A stretch of 64,000 nucleotides of DNA, from NCBI GenBank assembly GCA_043228905.1, contig JBHGNT010000013.1, positions 5,890,001 to 5,954,000 of the forward strand, in the 5' to 3' direction. The stretch's first letter is position 1. Every line of letters begins with the position of its first letter. Shown in pieces: positions 47,551 to 57,599 of the stretch. The notes below the pieces were generated by a model. That model was not told the origin of the DNA and made no database searches. It was given only the letters and a program-made list of their open reading frames with translations. The position numbers and the translations under genes were made by a program. Source of the stretch: Azolla caroliniana (lineage: Eukaryota; Plantae; Polypodiophyta).

Positions 47551-50500
47551 CTCGCCCCCTCCAAACCCGCACATCCTCCGGTATGTGCCGAAGTTCTTGA
47601 TTCTTCGTATCCGTCTTCATTCGAAGCTTCCTCCGATTCTCCCCTTATGTCGACTATGAGTTGTAATCCACTTTCTTCGCTTCCCGCATCATTGTGGTCT
47701 TCGTCTGATTGCTCCTCGTTGTCGGCCTCGACTTGGATCACATAAGGTTTGTCGTCGGTCCGCTTCTTGAAAATCTTCACCCGCTTCCCGGCTATAGGCA
47801 CTCGTAGTATTGTTCCATCCAACTCGGACAGTCGGTACGTCCCGTTGTCGAAGACCTTCCGAACCTCGTACGGCCCGAACCACCTTTTCGTGAATTTCCG
47901 CATCGTTGTATGTTGATGGTCCAAGATACTATCATAGACGATCACCCAATCTCCTTCTTCAATCCTCCTCGGTCGTAGTCGGTGCTTTGTGTCGAACCGG
48001 CTTTTGTTCCGGAACCGTGCTTCTTGTTGTCGGCGTGACGCTTCCGCTACATCTTTCGGTCTTCCCTCCAGTTGTCGTATCCGGACCGCTAGTAGTTCTT
48101 CCCGGCTCATCTCTTCCTTCCACGGTAGTATTGTCCATGTCGCGATTGCGGTTTCCGTTGGCATTACCGGTGCTTGTCCGGTCATGAGTTCTGCCGGCAT
48201 GTAACCGGTCACGGAGCTATGCGTCGTCCGATCTGCCCATAGTGCATACGGAAGCATTTGTGGCCAATCCTTCACCCTTCCGTCGCATGCCTTCGCAAGT
48301 GCTTTCACGATCGGACTATGTCCTCGTTCGATCTTCCCGTTGGCCTCCGGATTGTAGGCCGTTGTCAGCGTTAACCGAACTCCATGTTTGGCGAAGAATC
48401 CCCTAGCTTTGTCCGAGTCGAGTTCTCCCCGGTCCGCAATCACTTGTCCTACGCAGCCGTACCTACAAAACACTTCTTCCAAAAGAAATTGGCACACCGC
48501 GGCACACGTTTTCCTCCGAAGCGCTCGACCTTCAACTTGGTTTGTGAGATCTTCTCGAGCTAACACCAAGTATTTCTTTTGTCCAATCCCGGTCGGCATA
48601 GCTACAATGTCGACCATCCACTTGAAGTTGATTGTCGGTGAGAATGTCGGATGCAGCTCATCTCGGTGTCGGACCCCGGAGTAGACTTGACATTTCTCGC
48701 AGCTTTCTGTGAACTCCGCGACATCTTTATACATGTTCTTCCACCAATATCTTTGCTTGATTTTCACAAAAGTTGCCCATGTTCCTCGATGTCCAGCCCA
48801 ATCGGATTCGTGGAACTCGGACATTATCCGGTTTCGTTGCTCTTTCGTCCCGACTACTCGAAGTGGTATCCCATCCGGTCTTTTCGGCGTCCTCCATATT
48901 AAACCGTTTTCCAAGAAGAACTTTTGGACTTGCCTCTTCTTCCCTCGGATCTCGGCTCTCCTTTCTTTATCATTGGTTGAATCCTCGATCTCTTGTAGCA
49001 TCTTCCCGATCATCAAGGTTTCCCCCTCGTATTCTTCTTCCCGGAATTCTCGGATCACGTTCACTCGGCATATGTGTTCTGACGTGAAGTAGTCTTCGGA
49101 AACTTCTTCATTATCTGATTCGGTTATGTCGTCTTCAAACCGCGCCCTCGATAACATGTCCGCTACCGCGTTGTCCTTCCCCGAGATGTGTCGAACCTCC
49201 GGATTAAGTGACTTGACATATGCAATCCACCTTAGCATAGCCACATCTGGTATCGTACAACACCGCATCATCCCGAGTATCGGAAGACAATCCGTCTCGA
49301 CCACCACTTCAGCTCCGATCAAATAATCCCGATCCGATTTTATCGCCGACACGACTCCCCACAATTCTCTTTTGACTTGTGCATATCCGCGTTGCCTTTC
49401 GTTGAGGACCTTTGCTCCAAATCGGATCGGATACCGCGAACCATCCGAGTCGGCTTGATTGATGACCCACCCGATACCGGTTGGACTTGTATCAACCGTT
49501 ACTATGATTGGCCGCTCGTAGCTTGGCTTCTTAAGTGATTCCGCCCTCCATAGTGTCTTCTTGAGTTTCCTCATGGCTTTAGTGTGTTCCGGTTTCCACT
49601 CGAATTTCTTACCTTTCCGCAACAAGTGATAGAGCGAGTCCGCTATATGTGCATAGTGCGGAATCCATATGTGATAGAATGCACACGCACCCAGAAACCT
49701 TCGGACTTCCCATGTTGACTCACATACTTCCTTCATAGCTTGAATCGCATCGATCTTTGTTGGTGACGGTCTTCGGCCGTAGGGTCCACATAGATGTCCG
49801 ACCACCAATATTTCTTCTTGCCCGAATGCCGATTTCTCCCCGGAAAGTGTTAGGTGCACATCTTCTAGCTTTCGCAACACTTTCTCGCAATCATGAATAT
49901 GGTCGACCACGAACTTTCGGCATCCCCGATCATCCATAGTCTCATCTTTTTCTTCCACCGCGCATCCTTTCATCGGAATGTCATCTAGAAACGGCATCGT
50001 TATCTCCGGGATGCAATCTCGAAGCACCTTGTTCATCGCGTTCATCATATGTGCAACCGAATTTGTCGCTCCTTGTGGTAGTGTGCACATTCGAACTAGT
50101 CCTATCGGTGTCCGCATGGTAGTGATGTCTCGGCTCTCCACGGCTAGTTGGAATTGGTCATACCCCGAGTATAGGTCCCCGATGGAGTATATCGCACGTC
50201 CGGCAAAAGCTTCCGCGAATTCGTCCACTATCGGACCGACTCCCGAGTTCCGGATCGTGACCTTGTTCACCGGTTGCAAGTCTTGGATGAATCGGAGTGA
50301 CCCATTCTTCTTCGGAACCGTAAACCATCGATTTGAGTACGGAGCACTTGATGGCTCTAGAATCCCCATCGCCACCTTCTCCTTGAGCAAGTCGATGACT
50401 TTCGGAATATGCGCCCGTGGCACCGGAATCGGCTTCAGGTTCCACGGTACATGATCAATCGTGAAAATCACCATCGGCTCCACTATCTTTGGATCAATGC

Positions 50501-51149
50501 ATCCGATCTCCCTCGATGTGAACGCGAATGCTTTGCCATGTTGCTCCAACATCTCTCGAAACCGTTTTTCTTCTTCTTGTAAGAGGAACCCACCTCCACC
50601 GATCCGAAGTTTCTTCCGGGTCTCATCTGTGAAGGCATGTCCGATATCCACGGACTTCCGAAGTGTCGGATCTCCCGAGACTTCTTTCTTCTTTTGTTCG
50701 CTATCGGCGGGTAGTGGTCCCGCGGCCGGTTTCACCTTCTTCTCCACGGTCTTGTATTTCGTACTTACCATTGCTTCTTCTTTGCGGAGCGCATCCGGCC
50801 CCATTTTCGCAACGATCTCGTACATCTCGACCGATTCCACCGGGACTACCCGGTTCCCTTGGCTTTTATCTTCCGCAAGCTCTTCAAGCCGTTGTAGTGT
50901 ATTCCCATAGAACACTTCCTCGATCACTCCCACGATTTCTTCGTCTTCTTTTATTATTGATGCCGACCGTAACTTATCCTCCACTTGTCGGTATTGTTTC
51001 TTCATTCCTCCGGTTACGGCCGTGTACGTAGATGCCCCATCCGGGCCGATTCGTACTTGTTTTGCTCCGAGAGTTTTCTTCCTGTGTGGGGTATCAGGGC
51101 TTCTCGGACTATCACTTCCCCACTCCGCAATAGTCCGCTTTAAAAATCC
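47538..51149 (-). CDS. pol: W3 Pol (RT-RNase H-integrase), predicted to be expressed by -1 frameshift from Gag-PR
   Basis: LPQGATNS and PFLDD RT, VTVDTS RNase H, H..H/CEKC, DRGE, NGKIERGH, FGPY integrase. The frame is open from the slippery site and the stop lies inside the 3' LTR. Confidence 0.93.
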   Translation of the reverse strand, partial: GFLKRTIAEWGSDSPRSPDTPHRKKTLGAKQVRIGPDGASTYTAVTGGMKKQYRQVEDKLRSASIIKEDEEIVGVIEEVFYGNTLQRLEELAEDKSQGNRVVPVESVEMYEIVAKMGPDALRKEEAMVSTKYKTVEKKVKPAAGPLPADSEQKKKEVSGDPTLRKSVDIGHAFTDETRKKLRIGGGGFLLQEEEKRFREMLEQHGKAFAFTSREIGCIDPKIVEPMVIFTIDHVPWNLKPIPVPRAHIPKVIDLLKEKVAMGILEPSSAPYSNRWFTVPKKNGSLRFIQDLQPVNKVTIRNSGVGPIVDEFAEAFAGRAIYSIGDLYSGYDQFQLAVESRDITTMRTPIGLVRMCTLPQGATNSVAHMMNAMNKVLRDCIPEITMPFLDDIPMKGCAVEEKDETMDDRGCRKFVVDHIHDCEKVLRKLEDVHLTLSGEKSAFGQEEILVVGHLCGPYGRRPSPTKIDAIQAMKEVCESTWEVRRFLGACAFYHIWIPHYAHIADSLYHLLRKGKKFEWKPEHTKAMRKLKKTLWRAESLKKPSYERPIIVTVDTSPTGIGWVINQADSDGSRYPIRFGAKVLNERQRGYAQVKRELWGVVSAIKSDRDYLIGAEVVVETDCLPILGMMRCCTIPDVAMLRWIAYVKSLNPEVRHISGKDNAVADMLSRARFEDDITESDNEEVSEDYFTSEHICRVNVIREFREEEYEGETLMIGKMLQEIEDSTNDKERRAEIRGKKRQVQKFFLENGLIWRTPKRPDGIPLRVVGTKEQRNRIMSEFHESDWAGHRGTWATFVKIKQRYWWKNMYKDVAEFTESCEKCQVYSGVRHRDELHPTFSPTINFKWMVDIVAMPTGIGQKKYLVLAREDLTNQVEGRALRRKTCAAVCQFLLEEVFCRYGCVGQVIADRGELDSDKARGFFAKHGVRLTLTTAYNPEANGKIERGHSPIVKALAKACDGRVKDWPQMLPYALWADRTTHSSVTGYMPAELMTGQAPVMPTETAIATWTILPWKEEMSREELLAVRIRQLEGRPKDVAEASRRQQEARFRNKSRFDTKHRLRPRRIEEGDWVIVYDSILDHQHTTMRKFTKRWFGPYEVRKVFDNGTYRLSELDGTILRVPIAGKRVKIFKKRTDDKPYVIQVEADNEEQSDEDHNDAGSEESGLQLIVDIRGESEEASNEDGYEESRTSAHTGGCAGLEGASVVV
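51086..51149 (-). promoter_or_regulatory. Predicted programmed -1 ribosomal frameshift signal (G GAU UUU + pseudoknot)
   Basis: GGATTTT-TAAAG-CGGACTATTGC-GGAGTGGGGAA-GTGATAGTCCG...CCCCAC; pol is in the -1 frame. Confidence 0.85.
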
Positions 51150-53200
51150 ATTCTCACTTGGGACAAGAGTTCCCTCTTGTTCCTTTCGTGATTTGCCGGC
51201 ACCGTTAGGAATTGGACGGATTTCCCTCCGTTTTGGCTCCGAATTCGCGCAAAAGCCGCACCACTATCGAGCACCTTCGTCTCCATCCGTGAAGCCGTGA
51301 TAAAGGGTTGGCCGAGGATGATAGAATGTGAAACCTCATCCTGCACAAAGAAATTTTGGTCAATTTCGACATCCCCGATCTTTACCGTCACATCCGGACA
51401 AGCCGCAAATAGGTCTTCTGTCGTTTTCGTGGCTGCCCGAATCTTCCATCCATGGTTGGTGTTTATAGGCCACTTCCCCTTTCGGTAGAACTCCTTGGAC
51501 ATCAAGTTGATCTCCGATCCGTGATCAATCAATGCTAGCACGGGTTCTTTGATGTTGCCGATTCGGACCGGAGTCTCCGTAGTCGCACGTGCCCAGTGTG
51601 GCCTTGTATAGTGGGAGTTCGGAATTTCGCCTTCCACTTCGGTGTCGTTCATTGAAACGGTATTTGCATTCACCCTTGGAGCATTTTCCTCCGTACTTTG
51701 TCTCTTCCTTTTCACGAGATCCACGAGAAGATCGTGAAACTCCTTCTTCGCTATTCCGAGTAGTTCCCGCAGCGAAAAATCTACCCGGCTATCCAAGATT
51801 CTTTCCTCGAACACTCTTTTCAAGTCGGTTTGTTGTTCTATGTCCGAGGCGAGCTTGAATGCCGGAGTCGCCTTTTCTTTTCCCTTACCTCCGGAGTTCC
51901 AGCTTTCCGGTATCTTCGATGGTCCGGCCGCATCCTCCGTGCGCCGTCGTTTCTCGTCCACATACACCTCATGTAATTGACACAGGGCGTATATGCTATT
52001 CTTGTCGACAGAGCACTCCCATCCCGTAGCTTCCCGGACGCCTTCCGCGGTTTTTCGGATATCGTTGGAGTCAGTTTTCTCGGTGTTTCCTAGCACCTCC
52101 GGCCAGAAAGACGCCTTCGCTCCCGATGACTCCCCGACACATATTCCCGCGGTTGTCGCATAGTTGCTTCTTGCCGCTAACTCCTCCTCGAGCACCTTCT
52201 TCATGCCGCCTTTCCGGAAGTTCGGTCGGAGTGGCTTCCGAGAGTCCATCGAATGAATCCGGTTTCCCTCGTAGTAGATGAGATCCCGTCGTAGCGCCTC
52301 CTTATGGTCGTCGCAATCCCTCCGATCGTGTTCGGCGCTATCGCACCATATGCACCGTCGATCCGTATATTTGGAGCTTGTGGGGCGGTCATCCGACTTC
52401 TTCACCATCGCGATCTTTAGATTCTCCATCTCCTTCAGCAGCTGCTCCACCGTAGACGCGTCGACTCCCTTCTCGGCCGTAATCTCCCGAGCCCTCGGTT
52501 GATGGTCTTCCAGTCCCGTTCTCGGTTTCGGAATCGGTTCCGAAACCCTCTTTTCTTCGTTGGCAAGCCATTGCCCCCTCTTCGTGTACCGCGCGACGAT
52601 ATCCCGCACGCTTTCCCATGTTTCGGTGAGGCTGCTTTTGGTGGTCGTGTCCTCAAGAAGCACTCCGAGATCTTTCTGGTCCCGGACGTCCACAGCTCGC
52701 AAAAACATGATGACTTTGTCCGGTGCAAGAATAGTTTGATCTCTCGCGGACAACCTCCCGAACCGACTTTCGAATGTCGAAAACACTTCGAGGACCTTCA
52801 GCCCCTTACCTGACGTTTCCACCCAATCCTCGAATCCCCTCCGCGTTGCCTTGGAGGAGTCCTCGATGGCAAACGTGGTCTTTAACGCCTCTTCGAATGC
52901 TTCCCACATCGGATTTTGTTGTTGCAACCCGTGGATACTCCCTTGAAGCCCGTCGGTCGCCACCCGGTTAAAGGATGTCACTTGCAGTCCTTCCGAAGCC
53001 CGGCACCGGAGCATCTCCGCCTTGTAGTCCTGCAAATATCGCGACACATCCTTACCATTAAATTGCCCGTTGCGTTGCACGAGCCTCTCCACTGATGCCG
53101 AAATCTCCGACATCGTGCGTTGTTCTTGAAGCATCCGTTTGAACATCGCCATCATATTGTTAGCTTGTTGAGCCTCCATCTCCTTGCCACCCGTCTTCAC
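51140..53200 (-). CDS. gag: W3 Gag-protease (capsid, CCHC knuckle, aspartic protease); probable ATG at 53179
   Basis: CIWCDSAEHDRRDC knuckle; LIDHGSEIN and IILGQPF protease motifs. Confidence 0.92.
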   Translation of the reverse strand: MKTGGKEMEAQQANNMMAMFKRMLQEQRTMSEISASVERLVQRNGQFNGKDVSRYLQDYKAEMLRCRASEGLQVTSFNRVATDGLQGSIHGLQQQNPMWEAFEEALKTTFAIEDSSKATRRGFEDWVETSGKGLKVLEVFSTFESRFGRLSARDQTILAPDKVIMFLRAVDVRDQKDLGVLLEDTTTKSSLTETWESVRDIVARYTKRGQWLANEEKRVSEPIPKPRTGLEDHQPRAREITAEKGVDASTVEQLLKEMENLKIAMVKKSDDRPTSSKYTDRRCIWCDSAEHDRRDCDDHKEALRRDLIYYEGNRIHSMDSRKPLRPNFRKGGMKKVLEEELAARSNYATTAGICVGESSGAKASFWPEVLGNTEKTDSNDIRKTAEGVREATGWECSVDKNSIYALCQLHEVYVDEKRRRTEDAAGPSKIPESWNSGGKGKEKATPAFKLASDIEQQTDLKRVFEERILDSRVDFSLRELLGIAKKEFHDLLVDLVKRKRQSTEENAPRVNANTVSMNDTEVEGEIPNSHYTRPHWARATTETPVRIGNIKEPVLALIDHGSEINLMSKEFYRKGKWPINTNHGWKIRAATKTTEDLFAACPDVTVKIGDVEIDQNFFVQDEVSHSIILGQPFITASRMETKVLDSGAAFARIRSQNGGKSVQFLTVPANHERNKRELLSQVRMDF

Positions 53201-53213
53201 GTCGGATTCACCA
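53196..53213 (-). other. PBS of W3 (tRNA-Trp)
   Basis: TGGTGAATCCGACGTGAA, 4 nt after the 5' LTR. Confidence 0.85.
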
Positions 53214-53217
53214 ACTG

Positions 53218-54043
53218 TGTCGTGCCTTTCGGCTCCGGATCGTTGCGTGAGTCGGGTGGAACCACAGAGGTCTTGGACTAGGAGAAAGAAGTTCGTGAGA
53301 TAGAGATTAATTATGAATAAATAGCAAAGAGAAAGATAAGAAACTCGTGAATCACACGAGTATATTGGTACTTAGGGTGTTAAGAGAGAAGTAGACGTAT
53401 AAATCGTGAATCCCACGAATAATTTTTGTATTGATTAATACTTAATCCAAATAATCAACAACCCTTTATATATTTCTCTCCTCCTTATATAAGGAAGGAA
53501 GAGCTAAGCATGGCTTCATGCTTTTTTTTACAAAAAGTGTTCATGTCCACTAAATGTGCATGTGATGCTTTTTTATTTCCTAAGTATAGGGCTCATGCAC
53601 ACTAGATGTGCATGAGTTATTTTTAGTGTCTCGTGTTTTTCTTTTTTTCTTTTTCATATATTAAAAAAATACACGATTTACCTTTTAATAAAGGTATGCA
53701 TAAATAAAGGTCTTATACGTATTAAATCTATATTTAAAACACTTAAGATAATTTAATGTAATGGTAAGGTTGGGGTTTGTCAACGTGGAGGTGCAGAGTT
53801 CGAATCACGCCCTGCGTAGTAGTGAGTTTTTCCTTTTTTTTACATTTATGTCTCTTTATCCGGCTCTTCCTTGCCGGTATGCCGTTTTCTTCCTTGCCGG
53901 TATGCCGTTTTCCTCCTTGCCGGTATGCCGTTTTTCCTCCTTGCCGGTATGCCGTTTTCTTCTGGTTCTCACTGAGCACTCCATTCTCTATCCGGAGGGA
54001 CAAAAATATAATTTCCACATAGTGTGCAACCTACACTACGACA
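53218..54043 (-). repeat. 5' LTR of W3 (4 copies of the 23-bp repeat)
   Basis: Direct repeat of 46701-47550, 24 bp shorter. Confidence 0.95.
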
Positions 54044-54758
54044 ACGCGTTCTTCTTCAAACAAATCGCGAGCAGTTTACGGCGCAATTGAAAATGACATT
54101 CGCCAAAGGTTGGACGGCATGGGCAACGCAAGCAACGGAATTGCATAGCTACCGGGCAGACCGGGAGAACCAACGAAAAGAAGGCAAAGGCTTCTACAAG
54201 CTCAATGAGGAAAGCATTGCAGCAGTACGCGAGGACCATGCACAGGACTATTGCATGCTAACAGTCCAGCACTCCGAGGAACTCGCGTAGCTATTGGAAG
54301 ATTTCGGGGAAAGTCAAGAAGACATTTTCTGCCCACTAATGGAGATCAACAACGAACATCAGAGGACAGAGCCATTTGCGGTACCAGACAACGATTCGGC
54401 CGAACAAGATGAGCCTCAACCTAATTCCAATAATCCACCGGAGGTGACCACTACGCCTGTCAACGCTACTAAAGATAGGGATAGGGAAGAGCCCCGTCCG
54501 ACCACTTGCTTGCAGAAGAAAGAGCCAACGCTAGAACCTGGGAGAAATGACCCAAACAGCGAACCAACTAAGCCATTCCTAGGGGAAGATGATAACATGG
54601 GAACACACACACTGGCCGAGCATGGTGAAGTAGAAGATGCGCAATTACATGAGACGGTTAAGCAAAATAACGAAGCACGTACGTCGTTACGTTGTCTTCG
54701 GATTAGGTTGTATGGACAGAGCCAAACATCCTGGACATCTTGGATGATGAGTAGACGG

Positions 54759-54799
54759 ATGGGTCCGATGTGCCATGGCACTGTCCTACAGGCGTGCCA
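54759..54799 (+). other. tRNA-Arg 3'-end-like motif in the PPT position of H
   Basis: ATGGGTCCGATGTGCCATGGCACTGTCCTACAGGCGTGCCA-GG|TGTTG; 32/41 identical to the G1 motif. Confidence 0.75.
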
Positions 54800-54801
54800 G
54801 G

Positions 54802-55270
54802 TGTTGTCCATCGGAATTGTAATTGCCGGACATAACGCATAAAGAATAATATATATTAGAAGCATTAAGAAACGCATGTAACAGTTCACACGAGGAGCGT
54901 AACCGACTAAATGCCCTATGTATATAACGGGCAGAAATCCTTTGTAAAACGTTAGTATGTATTTTGAGTGCTACATTTTGTAATACGGTTCTTCTTCTTT
55001 GATTTCCTTGTCTGTCTGTGCAAGTATTCTACTATCCCAGTGTTCCACTCTGATTCGTAACTTTAGGCTTGTAAGCGTAGGGTAAGTTTGTATACAAAAT
55101 CACGCATTGGTGAGCTTCAGTTGTAGTTGTTTCCCTTCACGCCTAGACGATACGTTTGCTTGATAAGCCTATTGCGATTCACGTACAACACAAATCTATT
55201 CATTTCAATGCAATCACCTTGAAGTCTACCTCGAAGGACTGAGGGTAGATAGTGTTCCCAATCGGTAACA
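54802..55270 (+). repeat. 3' LTR of H
   Basis: TGTTG...GGTAACA followed by TSD ATGAC. Confidence 0.9.
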
Positions 55271-56118
55271 ATGACCTCGTCAACGACCTCTTGCATATAG
55301 ATGATTTCCTCGGCTTGGTGTGCTCCCAAGGTGAAGACATCAACATTGTGTGGTACCTCCGCCTCGGCCTTGGCTCGCATCAATCCATGTGCAACTTGTA
55401 TGACCTCTAGGTATTCTTTGTGCTGCATTTACGATTTAGGGTTTGATTATTCATATTCTCTTTGTTACATGTCAAACTGGTATGTTTTCGTATTCTCTAT
55501 CTTTCATGTCCGATTGTTTTTATTTTGTGTATGTTTGACATGGCTTGTACATGCAACTTAGATTGAGTTGGATATGATGATTTGGTGGTTGGTGATGGTA
55601 TTTTGATGAGTTTTTGTCTTGTACACACATATTCTTTCAACAAGAATAGTGTAGACCAGGACAACGACGAGAGGGACACCCATAAAGGGTGAAAGAGAAA
55701 GTGACGACACCAGTGAACGAAAGAAAAAGGACGCCTTTCAAAGAAAGCAAGAAGACACCCACAAGAGAAAGGGTGATGAACTCATCAACTCAGAGGAAGA
55801 AGATTTGCCACTCCATCATTCAAGACACACCTCTCGAATGACGTTATTTCCTTCGAGCATGACCTGAAGTTTATCAAGAGGTGAGAGAGTGCTTGATAAA
55901 AACATGGGGTTCACCACATCCCAATACAAGGTGAGGATTCCACATAAGTGGGTTGAAGAAGGAATATGTGAATTTATTGAAGATGAGATATGAACATGTT
56001 TATGATACTAATCAAATTTGTAACAATGAGGTGGGTATTGTTTTTGGATGTGCATTTGGGAAGATTTATTTGTCACTGATCAGAACATTATAGAGGGTCC
56101 CCAAGTACCAACACTGGC

Positions 56119-56544
56119 TTGAAGTCATCGGGAACCTCTCATGTGGATATTTCGGCTACGACACCTATCCACCAAGTTCAATCTGCGAAAGTAAGGACCA
56201 CAATGCCCGAAAAGCATGAACAAATGATGGCCGATCTCATAGCTTCCATGAGCTCCAGAATACAAGCATTGCTTGTTGATTTGGAAGTAGTTAAATCAGC
56301 TGAGATAGAGGCAAAAAAGCAATTCTCCTCAATAAAGAATACTTATGAATGGATTGCATCAACAATCCAAAATTCAGAAAGTGAGGTGTTGAAAGAGAAG
56401 TTGAAGAAAGATCTGAACAATATGGGCACTCAATTAAGATCACAAATGAAAGACCTTGATACGTGCAGAAATGCACATTGCGAACTGGATAATAAGTTGT
56501 CAGCCTTAAAGCTACATTCCGAGAACCTTTCGTGCTTGATGTAG
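56119..56544 (+). pseudogene. Unassigned coiled-coil-like ORF fragment, probably a decayed TE accessory gene
   Basis: 141-aa heptad-like sequence within decayed coding-like DNA (55650-56630); no recognisable motif. Confidence 0.3.
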
Positions 56545-57283
56545 GATTTAAAACAGAAAGTTTTTGAAACTTTGTTTCCATCTGTAATTGAGCACCCAAG
56601 TGGTATGGAAAGTACCATTACAGGTATAGCCATATCATGCTATTGGCTATATAAGTTGTTTATTTTTACTTCTGTGGTATAAATATCATATTAGATGATA
56701 AGCGCTTGGATTGCACCACAACCGGTCATGAAGAAGAGCGCATCAACAAGGACATAATATGTGTTGAAGGACCTACGAAGAGGAAACGGCTAGAGGAAAA
56801 GAGGCTAAGGAACGTCCAACTGTGAAAGGTCCATACCCTAAACGTGAATGCTATATAAACCACATAGTGGTGGCTTTGTAAGGGTTCTTCCATTTGTAAA
56901 GATCTCCCTATTGATTAGAGCTAGAGCTTCCTCTCCTCCTTCTTGTAACCTTTGAGCTTAAGAGAGATTAGGAGGTGTTTAGTTAGAGAACAATAATCTC
57001 TCTTCCTTGTTGGTGCTCAACCTCTTAGCAAAGAGGGTTAATAAACATATTCATTACTCTTATTGTCTATATTCATTACCCTATTGTATATGAGAGCGAT
57101 CTTGAGAGAGTGAGAGAGATATCTTGCTTAATCATCTATTAACCATTAAGTGAGTGTGAGGCTCGGAGGTATCCGACAACCACCTCCGCCTGATTCGCCA
57201 TCAAAACGGTATACGCCGATCCGAGCTCCGGAAACGACATTGAGGAGTTAACTCCATCGATACATAGATTGTACACATCTATT

Positions 57284-57302
57284 TGGCGACGTTGCCGGGG
57301 AT
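57284..57302 (+). other. PBS (tRNA-Asp)
   Basis: 18/19 match to TGGCGCCGTTGCCGGGGAT, the Athila-type tRNA-Asp PBS. Confidence 0.85.
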
Positions 57303-57599
57303 ACGACCAACACTTTAAGCCGGCTTCGAGTGATCAAACAGTTGTAGGCAACCCACCTAATGAGGGAAGAAATCGAATGGAAACCATGTTAATTAAAATT
57401 TGCACTATTTCACATTTTCATTAAGTTAATTTTCTATTTTTTTTAAGTTCTAATTTTCCCCCTTTACTTGCCCCGAAATTAGCAAGCTATACGCCGGTTA
57501 ACGCTAAGCATTGTTGAGATTTGGCCATTGCAGGGCAAGAATGATCATCCTACGAGCCGCGAAACAACCGTTGGCGCCAAAAAAGTTCCAATTTCCAGC

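Larger units (their letters stand above)
46701..54043 (-). mobile_element. W3: intact autonomous Ty3/gypsy LTR retrotransposon (tRNA-Trp primed)
   Basis: LTRs 46701-47550 / 53218-54043 nearly identical; perfect 4-bp TSD ACGC; PBS 53196-53213; PPT GGAGGGGGCGAG (47551-47562); both ORFs uninterrupted. Confidence 0.97.
44831..54750 (+). pseudogene. H accessory ORF2 (decayed; pieces 44831-46700 and 54048-54750, split by W3)
   Basis: WLLEKGFEGYIKVAKAPSH, YFGEYFVSAKAYKT, VDW and GFYKLNEESIAAVRED align with G1 ORF2. Confidence 0.8.
19833..55270 (+). mobile_element. H: old non-chromovirus Ty3/gypsy, expanded to 35.4 kb by four nested insertions (G1, W2, C2, W3)
   Basis: LTR pair 19833-20281 / 54802-55270; perfect 5-bp TSD ATGAC (19828-19832, 55271-55275); PBS at 20286; pol pieces rejoin across the G1, W2 and C2 insertions. 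Confidence 0.93.

Noticed and set aside
47538-47760. Chromodomain at the W3 (or G1) integrase C-terminus
   Set aside because: The tails are acidic or Pro/Thr low-complexity, with no YLVKW..G-type motif.
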